Positions 1-13,400 are shown, numbered from the stretch's first letter. The stretch: DNA of 64,000 bases from Octopus vulgaris (GCA_951406725.2 OX597815.1:6696001-6760000); one strand, 5' to 3'. A program made the numbers and translations. Notes: generated by a model not told the origin, from the sequence alone.

Positions 1-959
1 TTAACGTGCCAGCGGCACGGAAGCCAGCCAGACGGCGCTGGCAACGTTCGGATGGTGCTTTTTATGTGCCACCGGCACAGAAGCCAGTCGGAGCGGCGCT
101 GGCATCGGCCACGTTCGGATAGTGCTTTTTATGTGCCACCGGCACAGGCATCACAACTACTATTTCCATTGATATTTATTTCGACGTTCATGTTCATGAC
201 TCAACAGGTCTCCTCAAGCACAGCGGGACGTTCTGGGATCCAGGGTACTTTGCATGGGCAGGGGCTAGGCGGGACTGATGCAGAGCCATTTTCTGGCAAC
301 TAGCTTATCATCATCATCATTATTGTAGTTTAACCAGCGTTGCTTTACTGGCACTTGTGCCCGTGCTAGTAGGGTGCCAAGAGCACCATCCAAGCGGGAT
401 CGTTGCCAGAGCAGCCAACTGGCTTCCATGCAGGTGGCACATAAAAGGGCACCATTTGAGCGTGATCGTTACCAACGTCGCCTTACTGGCACCTGTGCCG
501 GTGGCATGTGTAAAAAAATTTGAGCGAGGTCATTGCCAGTACCGCCACAACTTTCTCTCACTCTCCTGTTGGCCTGCTCACTTAGCCAGTGGGGTGGCGT
601 CATTTGAAGGCTAAAACAATGCGAAGCGCATTGTGACCAGCGATGTGTAGTAACATCTGACAGCCAGGTCGGTCACGGTGATATATATATATATATATAT
701 ATATACGATGAGCTTCATTCAGTTTGTCAACCAAATCCATTAACAAAGCATTGTTCAGCCTGAGGTTATAGTGGGACTGAAACCCAAGCCATGTGATGAA
801 GTAGCAAACTCCTTACCACACATCCACACCTGCAAGTTTTAAGAACAAAAACATTTTTTATTGTTTGGAAGCCATGGCAACAATCTCCTAAGAAACTGTT
901 CCAGACCCTTCCTGTATTATTAGCAACTGAGTGGGTGAATGAGGCATAATTTCAAGGAT

Positions 960-1260
960 TATGTTCGGTTACAACTAGAGCCAGTAGGTCTTGACAGCGG
1001 GGATGGTAAGTGTCCCCAAAAAATAACCCTCTTCCCATACGAGGGAAGCAGATCCCTAATCTGGGACACAAGTTGTCACATTCTTTGGCTCCAACTTTGT
1101 TGCATTAGCCATAAACTTGGGTATCGCTACCAGTTGCCATCGAAACCTTAGGGGTCCTTGGACCCCACACTGCCGATTTCCTCTGCAAAATCGGGATAAC
1201 TGTAGCCCACCTGAGAAGTGAGCCCTACAAGGGCATGGAGAATTGCAGTAAGTTATGTTA
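960..1260 (+). mobile_element. Degenerate CRE/NeSL-type LINE fragment (restriction-like endonuclease region)
   Basis: LEPVGLDSGDGKCPQKITLFPYEGSRSLIWDTSC resembles the LEPxGLxRxDGKRPDGxTLxPWxxGRxLxWDxTC motif. Confidence 0.7.
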
Positions 1261-1323
1261 GTAAGATGGGGTAGAAATTAAGGGATTCGTTATAAAAAAA
1301 AAAGAAACAATAAACGCCCTTAC

Positions 1324-1412
1324 CTGCTTGTGAGCATCAGTGACCACTGCTTTCTTATATGGTCGAAGATCTTCAGAACCAAAACCAGGAACCCACATAT
1401 TCCAGTTACGTT
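1324..1412 (-). CDS. TAF12: TAF12 coding exon 3 ((E)RNWNMWVPGFGSEDLRPYKKAVVTDAHKQ), 89 nt; terminal exon not found in window
   Basis: Manual translation, absent from the ORF track. Matches TAF12 ERQWNMWIPGFGSEEIRPYKK. Acceptor ctctttag, donor CAG|gtaagg, phase 1 to 0 fits the previous exon. Confidence 0.96.
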
Positions 1413-3135
1413 CTAAAGAGATCAAAACAGACAGTTAAACATATGGAAAAGAAGTGATTTCTTCCACAAATACATAAAATACTAAATAATCGTTTCTGTT
1501 CTAGGCACAAGGCCCGAACTTTTGGGGTAGAGGGGCCAGTCGATTAGATCGACCCCAGTGCGAAACTGGTACTTAATTTATCGACCCCGAAATGATGAAA
1601 GGCGAAGTCGACCTCAGAACGTAAAGACAGTCGAAATACCACTAAGCATTTCGCCCGGTGTGCTAACGTTTCTGCCAGCTCCCCGTCTTAAAATACTAAA
1701 ATAATAATCGCACAATTTCTCAGTCATCATCATGATCACTATCATTTTCTAAAACATGTCATATGGCACTGCGGATCGATGAAGCCAAATTTCCCAAATA
1801 CGACGATGTTTAAGTAATTGTGAGCTGCAACCACAAGGTTGATACAGTAGTTACCTCCCCTGAAGTGTTTCACTTCAGAGAGAACTTGCGTATGTTTGTC
1901 TACATTTTGTATATAACATTTACTTGTTTCAGGATTAGACAGCGACCATGCTGGGGCACCCGCCTTGAAGAATTTTTAGTTGAAAAAATCGATCCCAGTA
2001 CTTATTTTTTTAAAAACCTAGCATCAGTCTCATTTGGCGAACCTCTAAGTTATATATATATATATATATCTGGGTTCAGTCCCACTGCGTGGCACCTTGA
2101 TTGAGTGTCTTCTACTATAGCCTCGGGCCGACCAAAGCCTTGTGTGTGGATTTGGTAGGCGGAAACTGAAAGAAGCCAGTCGTATATATGTGTGTGTGTA
2201 TATGTATGTACGTGTGTGTGTGTGTGTTTGTCCCTCCAACATTGCTTGACAACTGATGCTGGTGTGTTTACGTCTCCGTAACATAGCGGTTCGGCAAAAG
2301 ATACTGATAGAATAAGTACTAAGCTTACAAAGAATAAGTCCCGGGTAGGATTTCTTCGGCTAAAGGCAGTGCTCCAGCATGGCCACAGTCAAATGACTGA
2401 ATATATATACAAACACACACATATATATATATATCATCTTTTATTCTTTTACTTGCTTCACTCATTTGACTGCAGCCCATGCTGGAAGACCATCTTTAGT
2501 TGAACAAATCGACCCCAGAACTTGTTCTATCGGTCTCTTTTGCAGAACCGCTAAGTCACAGGGGAATAAACACACCAACATTGGTTGTGAAGCAATGGGG
2601 AAGGGGGAACAAACACAGATACACAAATACATATATAAATATATATATATATATATACAATTGGCTTCCTTCAGTTTCCGTCTACCAAATCCACTCAAGG
2701 CTTTGGTTGGCCCGGGGCTATAGTAAAAGACACTTGCCCAAGGTGCTACGCAGTGGGACTGAACCTAGAACCATGTGGTTGGGAAGCAAGCTTCTTACCA
2801 CACAGCCACTCCTATTACTTTCAAATTTTGGCTCAGGGCCAGCAATTTTGGGAGTGGGGCTACTTCATTATATCAACCCCCAGAAGGGGACTTTGTCTTG
2901 TCTTGCAAGTTACTTGGGTACCCAGCCAGTGCTGGTGCCACAAAAAAGGCACCCAGTACACTTTGTTAAGTGAATGACATTAGGAAGGACATCCACCCAT
3001 GGAAACCATGCCAAAACAAACAAGAGAGCTGGTCACATCTTTCTGGCCTGTCAGCTTTTGTTTGAACATTCAGCCCATGCCAGCATGGAAAATGGACATT
3101 AAATGACTGAAACAAGTAAATGAAAAAAAAATATA

Positions 3136-3177
<42 letters not shown>

Positions 3178-3406
3178 TTTTAAAATGAGGGTGAGAAATT
3201 AGATATTAATTTAATTAACATCGATTTCACACCAGTGGTCTAACATAAAAAAACTGAAGGTTCAGTAAAATTGTATTATATAAGGGCATCCAGCTGTAGA
3301 AACACTGCCAGATCTGACTGGCCTGGTGCAGCCTTCGGGCTCCCCAGACCCCAGTTGAACCGTCCAACCCATGCTAGCATGGAAAACGGACGCTAAATGA
3401 TGATGA

Positions 3407-3666
3407 TATATTAGAGGGAAACCACTATGTGGACACCCTTATGCTAGAAATAGATCCGCTATGGTCTCCCCACTAAGAAATGTTCTCAAGAAAAATTTAG
3501 CAAAACGAAAAAATAATCCATATTTCTATTACTTTTTCTTTTGTCTTGCTCGATTACGTTTTGGTTGTTTTGCTAAATTTTTCTTGAGAACCTTTCATAG
3601 TGGTGAGACCATAGCGGATCTATTTCTAGCATAAGGGTGTCCACATAGTGGTTTCCCTCTAATATA
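3407..3666. repeat. Long inverted repeat (~100-bp arms) in a TAF12 intron
   Basis: tatattagagggaaaccactatgtggacaccc... mirrored by ...gggtgtccacatagtggtttccctctaatata. Confidence 0.9.
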
Positions 3667-3667
3667 C

Positions 3668-3700
<33 letters not shown>

Positions 3701-3817
3701 TTCACTTAAAAGCTAAACACAATGATGTGACAAAATCCACAAAACAACAAATGTAAAGTTCGTTTATAATATGCCATGCTCCAATTATGTTCCTCAATAG
3801 ATTATAAAACAACTTAC

Positions 3818-3932
3818 CCAGGTGTAACTGGACATCCTTCACTTCTAAGACATTAGATTTGCGGTGTTTAGCTATTTGGCACGCATTAGTAACAACATTC
3901 TCAATGAAGTCATCGGCTATTTGTAATAAGAC
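3818..3932 (-). CDS. TAF12: TAF12 coding exon 2 ([38 protein letters not shown]), 115 nt
   Basis: Conserved TAF12 histone-fold core. Acceptor catttcag, donor CTGG|gtaagt, phase 0 to 1. Confidence 0.97.
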
Positions 3933-4289
3933 CTGAAATGGGAAACCAATTGTCATATCACTAACAAAGTAGAACAGAAGAAAACGTGCTTAGGGTGAAA
4001 TTTAAGCTGAGAGACATCAATAATTTTCCTTTATGATTCAATGAGAAGTTCATTTGCAAAGCTTGGATCAATCTGAGACAAAATTTGGCTTTTATTAACA
4101 ACAGTATTTTTACAGGATGAAAGAAAAACAAAAACCATGAAAAGTATAAAGGGTAAACTTAAGAAAACCTTAACTACCTCACCAAAGAAACAAAGTAAGG
4201 GAGATTAAGCAGCAGAAGATGGCAAAGGTGGGGGTGGAGGTAACAGATTGTATATCCCAGAACCGATGTGTGTTTAGCTGCGCCTTGTG

Positions 4290-4999
4290 GACAGGTTTGC
4301 AAAGGCGTTGCCACAAAGACTGACCGGCAACAGACACTGCAGCATCTGCCCCACATCACAGGGCACATTTCTCAGGTGGGCCACATTTATTGCAATTTTG
4401 CAGTAGTGCAGGGTCCAAGAATAGCTAGGGTCTCAACTGTAACTGCAGCAAACTGGTAGCAGCTGGGAAGGCAGCTGTATTTGTCTGTTTTTCTCTTCAC
4501 TGTGTTACGAGCAGCAACGCCTAGGGTTGTGGACAATGCAGTAAGGTTGGAGCTGAAGAACATGTCACAGCAGATCGCATCCCAGACTAGCAGTATCGCC
4601 CGGCGTTGCTCAGGTTTGTAAGGGAAATAACTATATAAGCATTTTTAGAGAGTTATAGCCAAAAAATAGCAAAAAAAATGCATTAAAAATGGGAAAAAAA
4701 TTATGGTAAATTTTTTTTTAAATCGTTGACTCATCGTAGACATTTTTAGAGAGTTACTTCCCTTATATAATAGCGAAAAAATGCATTAAAATGGAAAAAA
4801 AACCATGGTAAATTTTTTTTTAAATCGTAGACTCATCGTAGACGCGCGCTAATACCCAGAAGGGCTCGATATGAATCACGACTATAAGATACCCTGTTTT
4901 GGTTACACTGCACCGCAAAATGTGGGAGTAGTTAGGAATCTAAATCGTAGGAGACAGACACACAACTTGACTTTTATATATAAAAATTAGGGATCTGAG
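4290..4999 (-). mobile_element. Second CRE/NeSL-type LINE endonuclease remnant, split by a Helitron at 4587-4986
   Basis: Minus strand reads RSLI|WDAICCDMF...KRKTDKYSCLPSCYQFAAVTVETLAILGP...GNA once the Helitron is removed. Confidence 0.7.
4587..4986 (-). mobile_element. Non-autonomous Helitron
   Basis: 3' hairpin plus CTAG end, inserted between A and T. Same family as 17525-17994. Confidence 0.75.
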
Positions 5000-6568
5000 A
5001 TACTTGTCCAAGGTTCTTTGCAGTGTGGAACGATTGATTTGGTGCAGTAGTTTGAATGCAGACAATGTGGCACGGCTAACTGGACATGCAGTGTTTTGAA
5101 GAGGGTGCATTTTCGTGCTGGAGGAAATGGTTCAGCTGCTGGCTCTCCAGATCCCAGTCAAACCATCCAACCCATGCCAGCATAGAAAACAGACATTAAA
5201 CAATGATGATCATGATGAATGGTACATGTACAGAAAGGAAAACAGACAGAGAGATTACAATTTACTAAACAAAATTGAGATTTCCCTCTTCCCATACTCT
5301 TTACTCTTTCACTTGTTTCAGTCATTTTGACTGCGGCCATACTGGAGCACTGCCTTTAGTCAAGCAAATCGACCCCAGGACTTATTCTTTGTAAGCCTTG
5401 TACTTATTCTATCAGTCTCTTTTGCTGAACCGCTAAGTTACGGAGATGTAAACACACCAGCATCGGTTGTCAAGCGATGTTGGGGGCACAAACACACACA
5501 CACAAACATATACACACAGACACATACATATACATGTATACGACAGGCTTCTTTCAGTTTCCGTCTACCAAATCCACTCACAAGGCTTTGGTCAGCCCGA
5601 ATCTATAGTAGAAGACACTTGCCCAAGGTGCCACGCAGTCAGACTGAACCCGGAACCATGTAGTTTGTAAGCAAGCTACTTACCACACAGCCACTCCTAC
5701 GCCTATACTCATACTTATAAAGAGAGAGGGAGAACAAGAGAAATGTTGATTTCAAACTTTGGTACAAGGCCAGGGAGTAAGTTGATTACACTGCCCCTAG
5801 TTTTTCATTGAAAGGATGAAAAGCCAAGTCAACCCTAGCAGAATTTGAACCCAGAACATAAAGATGGATGAAATGTTACCAAACATTTTGCCCAGCTTGC
5901 TAACAGTTCTACCAGCTTGATGCCTTAAATGTGAGAAAAATGTTGGTTTCAGATTTTGGTACAAAAAACAGCAATTTTGGAGGAGGAGATAAGTCAATTA
6001 TATCGACCCTATTGCTCAACTGGTACATACTGTATCAACCCCAAAAGGATAAAAAGCCAAGTCAACCATAGCAGAATTTGAACTCAGGACGTAAAGATGG
6101 ATGAAATACCACTAAGCATTTTGCCCAGCAAACTATTATGCTAGCTCTCTGGCTCCAAAGAGAGATATATTAAAACCTATTTCTTTATTACCCACAAGGG
6201 ACTAAACATAGAGGGGACAAACAAGGACAGACATAGGTATTAAGTCGATTACATCGACCCCAGTGAGTAACTGGTACTTAATTTATCGACCCCGAAAGGA
6301 TGAAAGGCAAAGTCGACCTCGGTGCAATTTGAACTTACAACGTAACAGCGGACGAAATACCGCAAAGAATTTCGCCCAGCGTGCTAACGTTTCTGCCAGC
6401 TCACCACCTTGAGAAAAATTTAGTTCAGTAGCTTTCCAAACAGAAATATTAAAACATCTACAGCCAAGTAAGTCAGCAATGCCAAAACAGCTGAGCCAAA
6501 ATGCCCCACAGCATCAACAGGGGGGATTGAACCAGGAGCTGTGTGGTTACAAAGCAAACTTCACCTAC

Positions 6569-6799
6569 CTCTTCTACATCTTCATCCAGCTGTTCCAAAG
6601 GGTCGACTTCCTTCACAAGTTCCTGGAGTCGTCGTTTGTCAAGGACCTTGCTCTCTGCTGGGGACACAGACATGGCAGGGTTCACCTGACTCGTTGTAAT
6701 GACAGGTCGAAGACCCGCTGGTTGCTGGTTCAAAGCCATCATCTGACTTGTACTCACAACGGGGCAGTTATTTTCGCCCATTCCAGGTAATTTATTCAT
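6569..6799 (-). CDS. TAF12: TAF12 first coding exon (MNKLPGMGENN...VLDKRRLQELVKEVDPLEQLDEDVEE); exon starts about 6812
   Basis: Histone-fold helix 1 matches TAF12 (VLTKKKLQDLVREVDPNEQLDEDVEE type). Acceptor ttttgatag before 6812, donor GAG|gtaggt at 6569, phase 0. Confidence 0.95.
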
Positions 6800-7045
6800 T
6801 GTGAGGAAAACTCTATCAAAAATGAAATGAAGTGAATACAAGAAAAAAAAATACTTTATCAATATTTCAAACTATAATCACACAAAACTGTGTACAAATT
6901 ATAAGAAATTAGCCAAAACCAAATCACTGTCATATATTATATATATATAATAATAATAATAATATTAAAGAGTATAACTCCAAACTTACAGGGAAAAATT
7001 CAATTTAGTATTAAATCAAATTCCAAAATATAAATATATAATATA

Positions 7046-7345
7046 CTAGCAGTATTGCCTGGCGTTGCTTGGGTTTGTTTTGACCCTTTAGAATTGGAAT
7101 TTTTGAAAAGTAAAAATTTTGCATTATAGGGATTTTCATAGGAAAAAAGCACCTTTTTGATGTAAATAATCTTTAGTCTTAATATGGTCTGATTTGAATT
7201 TTATCTTCTATGGAAGGAAGAGCAAGCCTTTTTCTATCATACTCTCAATGTTGGTCAACTTGCGCTGCAGGGTCTCGGAGGAGATAGTGTTAGTTGAAGG
7301 CTACCAAACCTGCCACACACAGACAACTTCAGCTTTATATATATA
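7046..7345 (-). mobile_element. Non-autonomous Helitron (related termini, different interior)
   Basis: actagcagtattgcctggcgttgcttgggt 3' end and TATATATAAAG-type 5' end. Confidence 0.65.
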
Positions 7346-7482
7346 TATATATATAAATTAGAGAAAAACCACTATTATGTAATTCACATATATATATATA
7401 TATGTGTGTGTGTGTGTTAAATAAAATGAGACAACAAAGCCTAGGCTGTGGAATTTTCAGGGCATTTATAAAGAGAAAGTTA

Positions 7483-7530
7483 GTCTTACAGCTGATTCTG
7501 GGATATTAGGGATATCCCTTCCTCAGAGAC
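7483..7530 (-). ncRNA. Degenerate hammerhead-like motif
   Basis: GTCT-CTGAGGA-AGGGATAT(cccta)ATATCCC-A-GAAT-CAGCTG-TA-AGAC, with GAAA changed to GAAT. Confidence 0.45.
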
Positions 7531-7730
7531 GGTATGAGATGGTTAAATAGAGGGAGATATGAGGAGCTATTTTGGAAAAGGAAGCATATATGTATATATA
7601 CACACACCTTAATGATTATATATATATATTAGAAGATTTGGAGATGATGTACAGGTATTATATATTAGAAGAAATGAGGTACTCAGAAATCTAAATATAA
7701 AACCATCCAGATTTCTGAGTACCTCATTTC

Positions 7731-7767
<37 letters not shown>

Positions 7768-8284
7768 TTTGTAAAAAATCATAAATCCGAAAGAAGCACA
7801 CTCTGAGATGAAGAGCAGTATATCTTAAAAATGGGGTAAGCCGGTTTATGGGATCACCTTAGGTTTCCTGTCCATAAAGTTAAACCCTTTATGGATGGGA
7901 AACCTAAGGTAATCCCCCACACCTATATTTTATTTGTTTCGGTCATTAGCCAGTGGCCATGCTGGAACACCGTCTTGAAGAGTCTAGTCGAACAAACTGA
8001 CCCTTGTATTGATTTTCTAAATACAATCTGGCACTTATTCTATCGGTTACATTGCCGAACCGCTAGGTTACCGGAACATTAAGCGGTGGTTGGAGGGAGA
8101 CAGAGACACATACACACACACATAATGTGTTAATTTGTGTGTGCGCGCGTGTAAGGGGCTTCCACACAATTTCCGTCTACGAAATTCATTCATAATGCAT
8201 TGGTCGACCCTGGGCTATAGTAAAAGACACTTCTCCCAAGGCACCGTGTAGGATTGAACTCGAAATCACGGATGTCTCCACACA

Positions 8285-8348
<64 letters not shown>

Positions 8349-8480
8349 CAGGGTGTCCCAAAAAAATGTATACACACCTTAAATAATTGTAAATTTGTTA
8401 TTCTTTGTAAGCCTAGTACTTATTCTATCGTTCTCTTTTTGCCGAACCACTATGTGTATACATTTTTTGGGGACACCCTG
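8349..8480. mobile_element. Tc1/mariner-type MITE
   Basis: TIR CAGGGTGTCCCAAAAAAATGTATACACA at both ends, flanked by TA. Confidence 0.85.
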
Positions 8481-9101
8481 TATATATATATATATATATA
8501 TTTATATACACAGGTGGACTTATCAATATATGCATGAACACACACAGACATCATAGTAAGGAGAGAAGTTCTAATTATTGTAAAGTATTTTCACACTGAA
8601 TGAACATCGAAAAACACGAGACGAAACACAAGTTAATAAACGAGGGATATTTCTAGAAAAGCGTGGAGTTGTGTACATTAATCTTTGGGAAAACGACAAA
8701 CGAGTCACATTTGTAACATATTGTAGGATATTGTCATATAAAAGACAAACTAGGAAACTTTTGTCTTTAATTTACGGTTTTGGGTCGACGATTCATAAAA
8801 GCATGTTTCAGTGAGGACAACAAAATTATAAATATAATGGTTTTATAATGGAATATAATGTATTTTCTTAAATTTCGTTTTGTTTAGGCACTTCTTTATG
8901 TTTCTAAATGTAGTAAAATCATTCAAAAATAGGGAATTTTTTGAATAAATAAATCCAAAGGAGATTTTTTTTTAATGAAAATAACAACAAAGTTCTGAGG
9001 ATGGAATGAAGACAGGTGACTTTAGAGGCTAAACACTCGGTCGCAGCGGCTGTTTTAAACAACGAGATCGTTCTTAAGAAGACAGAAATGTGAATATTTA
9101 C

Positions 9102-9215
9102 CTTGAGCAAAGAAATAAATGCAGATATTCGCGCAGTAGAAGACAAACGGTGGGAAAATCTCCTCAACAGAATCTCAGCAATTTAGCACTGGTGGCCATG
9201 TTGGCGGCCGAGTGG
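9102..9215 (-). other. TAF12: Probable non-coding first exon (5'UTR) of TAF12
   Basis: Donor AAG|gtaaat at 9102 in a locally GC/CpG-rich, non-repetitive patch next to promoter motifs. TSS position is inferred. Confidence 0.6.
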
Positions 9216-9255
9216 AGAGCGCATGCGCAGCGCTCGCAAATGTCGGCCATTTCTG
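9190..9255 (-). promoter_or_regulatory. TAF12 core promoter: NRF1 palindrome GCGCATGCGC (9219-9228) and YY1-like GCCAT motifs (9195-9202, 9246-9252)
   Basis: Motifs seen directly. The combination is typical of metazoan housekeeping promoters. Confidence 0.65.
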
Positions 9256-9731
9256 GGAAAGAGGCAGAAATTCAAATTAATGTCTTTGTTGAAATTTCGT
9301 TGTGGCAGCGATCCATCAATAGAAAGGGAAATACCTGTTTATTATAGCTACACGTCCTATATAAAATGTAAATGAGGTTCTCGTTTAGCTACCTGCCTGT
9401 GAATAAAGTTAATTTGTTTCTTGGTAGTTGTCTCGTTGACTGATGTCTTGGGACTCCTCAATCCGAAATTACGTCTCGAAAATCAATAAAAATATTTTAG
9501 TTATCTTTTAGTTTAGCAGTTTATACTCACTTTTTATTTGTCAGCACTTATGACAAATATGAATGTGATTGCTAAACTTAAGAATGGCCAAAATTTTTAG
9601 AATTAAATTTCTGGCAATTTAATTTGAAATAAGTATTAACTTATTATTATTATTATTGTAATATATAATAAATGTATAATAATAATAATAATAATAATAA
9701 ATGTATAATAATAATAGTAATAATAATAATA

Positions 9732-9788
<57 letters not shown>

Positions 9789-9879
9789 GTATAATAATAA
9801 TACATAATAATAATAATAATAATAATAATAAATGTATAATAATAATAACATATAATAATAAATAAATGTATAATAATAA

Positions 9880-10192
9880 TACAAAGACCTGGAAATAGAG
9901 GTAACTCGAATGTGGAATCTGAAAACAGAAACAATTCCTATCATAGTAGGTGCATTAGGCATGATAAAAAAATATTCAGACAAATACATAACAAAAACAC
10001 CAGGACTTACAAACACATATAACATACAGAAAATTGCACTACTAGGCACTGCACACATCCTACACAGAACACTTTCCATACAATAACCATCAGAGCATCA
10101 CAACAAAACACAGCATATACCCAAGGCACACAGAGCAGCGCTCGGTAGTGAAGTGAAAGCACGCTATAAAAATAAAACTACCGCATAAAAAT
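9880..10192 (+). mobile_element. 5'-truncated R4/Dong-clade LINE 3' end in a (TAA)n microsatellite
   Basis: YKDLEIEVTRMWNLKTETIPIIVGALGMI...IQKIALLGTAHILHRTL* (9880-10086) is a typical R4/Dong endonuclease C-terminus. (AAT)n lies on both sides. Confidence 0.85.
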
Positions 10193-11629
10193 AATAATGA
10201 TAATAAATAAACGTATAATAATAATAATATATAATAATAAATAAATGTATAATAATAAATGTCGTCGTTTAGAGACAAGTTACACCTTTTCTAACACACT
10301 TATAATGACATTCCAACCGGGTCTATTCAATATTTTATTCATATATTTATTTCTTTATTACTCTTGTTTGTCCCCTCTGTGTTTAGCCCCTTGTGGGTAG
10401 TAAAGAAATGGGTATTTTGTCTGCCGTTACGTTCTGAGTTCAAATTCCGCCGAGGTCGACTTTGCCTTTCATCCTTTCGGGGTCGATAAATTAAGTACCA
10501 GTTGCATACTGGGATCGATCTAATCGACTGGCCCCCTCCCCAAAAATTTCGGGCCTTGTGCCTAGAGTAAAAAAGAATGGTTAACATGCCGGGCGAAATG
10601 CTGAGAGACACCTTGTCAGTGTTCGCGTTCTGAATTCCGCCGTGGTTGACTTTGCCTTTCATCCTTTCGGAGTCGATAAATTAAGTTGCGTACTGGGGTC
10701 GATCTAAACGACTGGCCCCATCCCCCAAAATTTCGGGCCTTGTGCCTAAAGCAGAAAAGAATCAATAATGATTACGCTAGCAAAGAAGGTATTTCAAAAG
10801 TGACTACCACATCTTAATTTATTGAGGCGAAATGTCTGAAAATACATTCTTCAGAATGCCATTTAAAAAAAATTTATTTCTCATAATGGTAGAACGTAAG
10901 TGATCCGAGGGATTTTTAACTATGATATTTGATAGACTGAATGAATATACAAGGACAAACTTTCAGGCTTAACAACAGAGTGCCGCACAAAAAGGAAAAA
11001 AAACAAAACAGAACATGCTTTTTAAACACCAGTATTTATTTCTTTACTACCCACAAGGGGCTAAACACAGAGGGAACAAACAAGGACAAACGGATTAAGT
11101 CGATTACATCGATCCCAGTGCGCAACTGGTACTTTATTTATCGACCCCGAAAGGATGGAAGGCAAAGTCGACCTCGGCGGAATTTGAACTCAGAACGTAA
11201 CGGCAGACGAAATACTGCTAAGCATTTCGCCCGGCGTGCTAACACTTCTGCCAGCTCGCCGCCTATACGCAACCAGTAGTGTTGAGCTAGGCAAGTTAGG
11301 CGGCAATCAGTGTCTTCACCGAGATAAGGTCTTCACTCTGAAATAGGGGCTTTGTCTATTTATTCTTTGTTACAAACTACATTCCTTACAGCCCTTTCCT
11401 CTCATGTCTCCTTCTTCTCTTCCAATCAAATGAGTGACCTTCACCCGTTCAATGTAAATACTATCAACATGGTACTCACCCAGTGACCCTTATCTCTAAA
11501 TCTACTCGGAGGGGAAGGGGACCTGCAAACATACTAACGCTATTTTTCCCTGACAACTGAATAAAATATTATTGACTTCCCATCTAAGATGATAGCTAAC
11601 CCGCTTATCAAATCTAGCTAGCTATCCAT

Positions 11630-12350
<721 letters not shown>

Positions 12351-12929
12351 TATTTTGCAATATCTGTAACTAACTTCCATCGTCTGATTCAACAATTTCA
12401 TATCTCTGTAGTTGCCTCCCTTGGACCACTGATGTCCATTTCACTTTCGTTACTTTTTCTTTTTTCCTCCCTATTACTTGCCATTACCATCCCCATACTG
12501 TCATTATTCATTCTATACTTGTTCTTTTCTCTCCCATAAGTTATGGGTCTGTCATCTCTCAAAATTCTTGTGGCACGTTGTCTTCTATCATTGCCCTATA
12601 TTTCTTCACTACATTGCTTTATATTTGATTGCCTATCAAAGACATTTTTCTTTGAAAAAAATAAAAGAACGGAGATGTACTCGCATAGCAAGTAATTTGA
12701 TCTGAGATCGTGTGCTGAAACGAAAACAATTGCAGCGTGGAAGGTGTTTATAAGCTATTTAAGAAACACACAAAAGCCGTTCGATTCACTCCACCATTTA
12801 AGTTTAATTTGTCAAAATATTTTCGTCGCTAAAACGATTTCACCAAAATATCACCCCCGGGTTCTGTAAGCGAAATAGGGTTTACATTACACGCTTTAAC
12901 CGTTTAACTGCGAAATAAAATGTCATTGT

Positions 12930-13400
12930 TGTTCTCGTAATGATGTCGAACATCTATCAAAAACTAGAATCGATATTTTCTTCGAGTCACGTTGCCTCAA
13001 ATACTTCGACATCATTTGCACAATGTGGAATATATACCATCAGCATTGCCCAGACGACCTTAATATTAGATCCAGAATTCATCCAAAGCTGGGCCCACGT
13101 GCCATGCGCATCGTACACAAGTCGGGATCACAACGCATAAATTCACTGCAACACAATTTCTTTTCCTCAACAGACCCTACTCTATTTAATATTATCCCAA
13201 AACAAATCAAAGAAAAAGATCCTATCGCCTGCAAACCAACAAACAAAACTTCTGCAAAAGATACCAGATAAGCCACCTATATACCTGGATACATCTCAGT
13301 CAACAACAATTCCCTACTTGAAAGGGCCGTAATACCACAAAATTTGTCTTCAAAATGACTTAACAGATCCGATCAGGTGGTGCTATTAAGTCAAGCATGG
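12930..13400 (+). mobile_element. Degenerate LINE (CR1/Jockey-like) 3' end
   Basis: MWNIYHQHCP...HNFFSSTDPTLFNIIPKQIK resembles post-RT C-termini (GPxLFNxLP). Confidence 0.55.

Noticed and set aside
2500-2973. Recurrent ORFs with [13 protein letters not shown] or RPRKDERQSRPRRNLNSER peptides
   Set aside because: Translations of SINE A and B consensus sequence, repeated wherever the SINE occurs.
6473-6862. 129-aa ORF as a complete protein
   Set aside because: Only 6569-6799 is TAF12 coding; the rest is intron read-through.
9090-9347. Plus-strand gene from a bidirectional TAF12 promoter
   Set aside because: The ORF has no recognisable similarity and no downstream plus-strand exons were found before the Ki-67 region.
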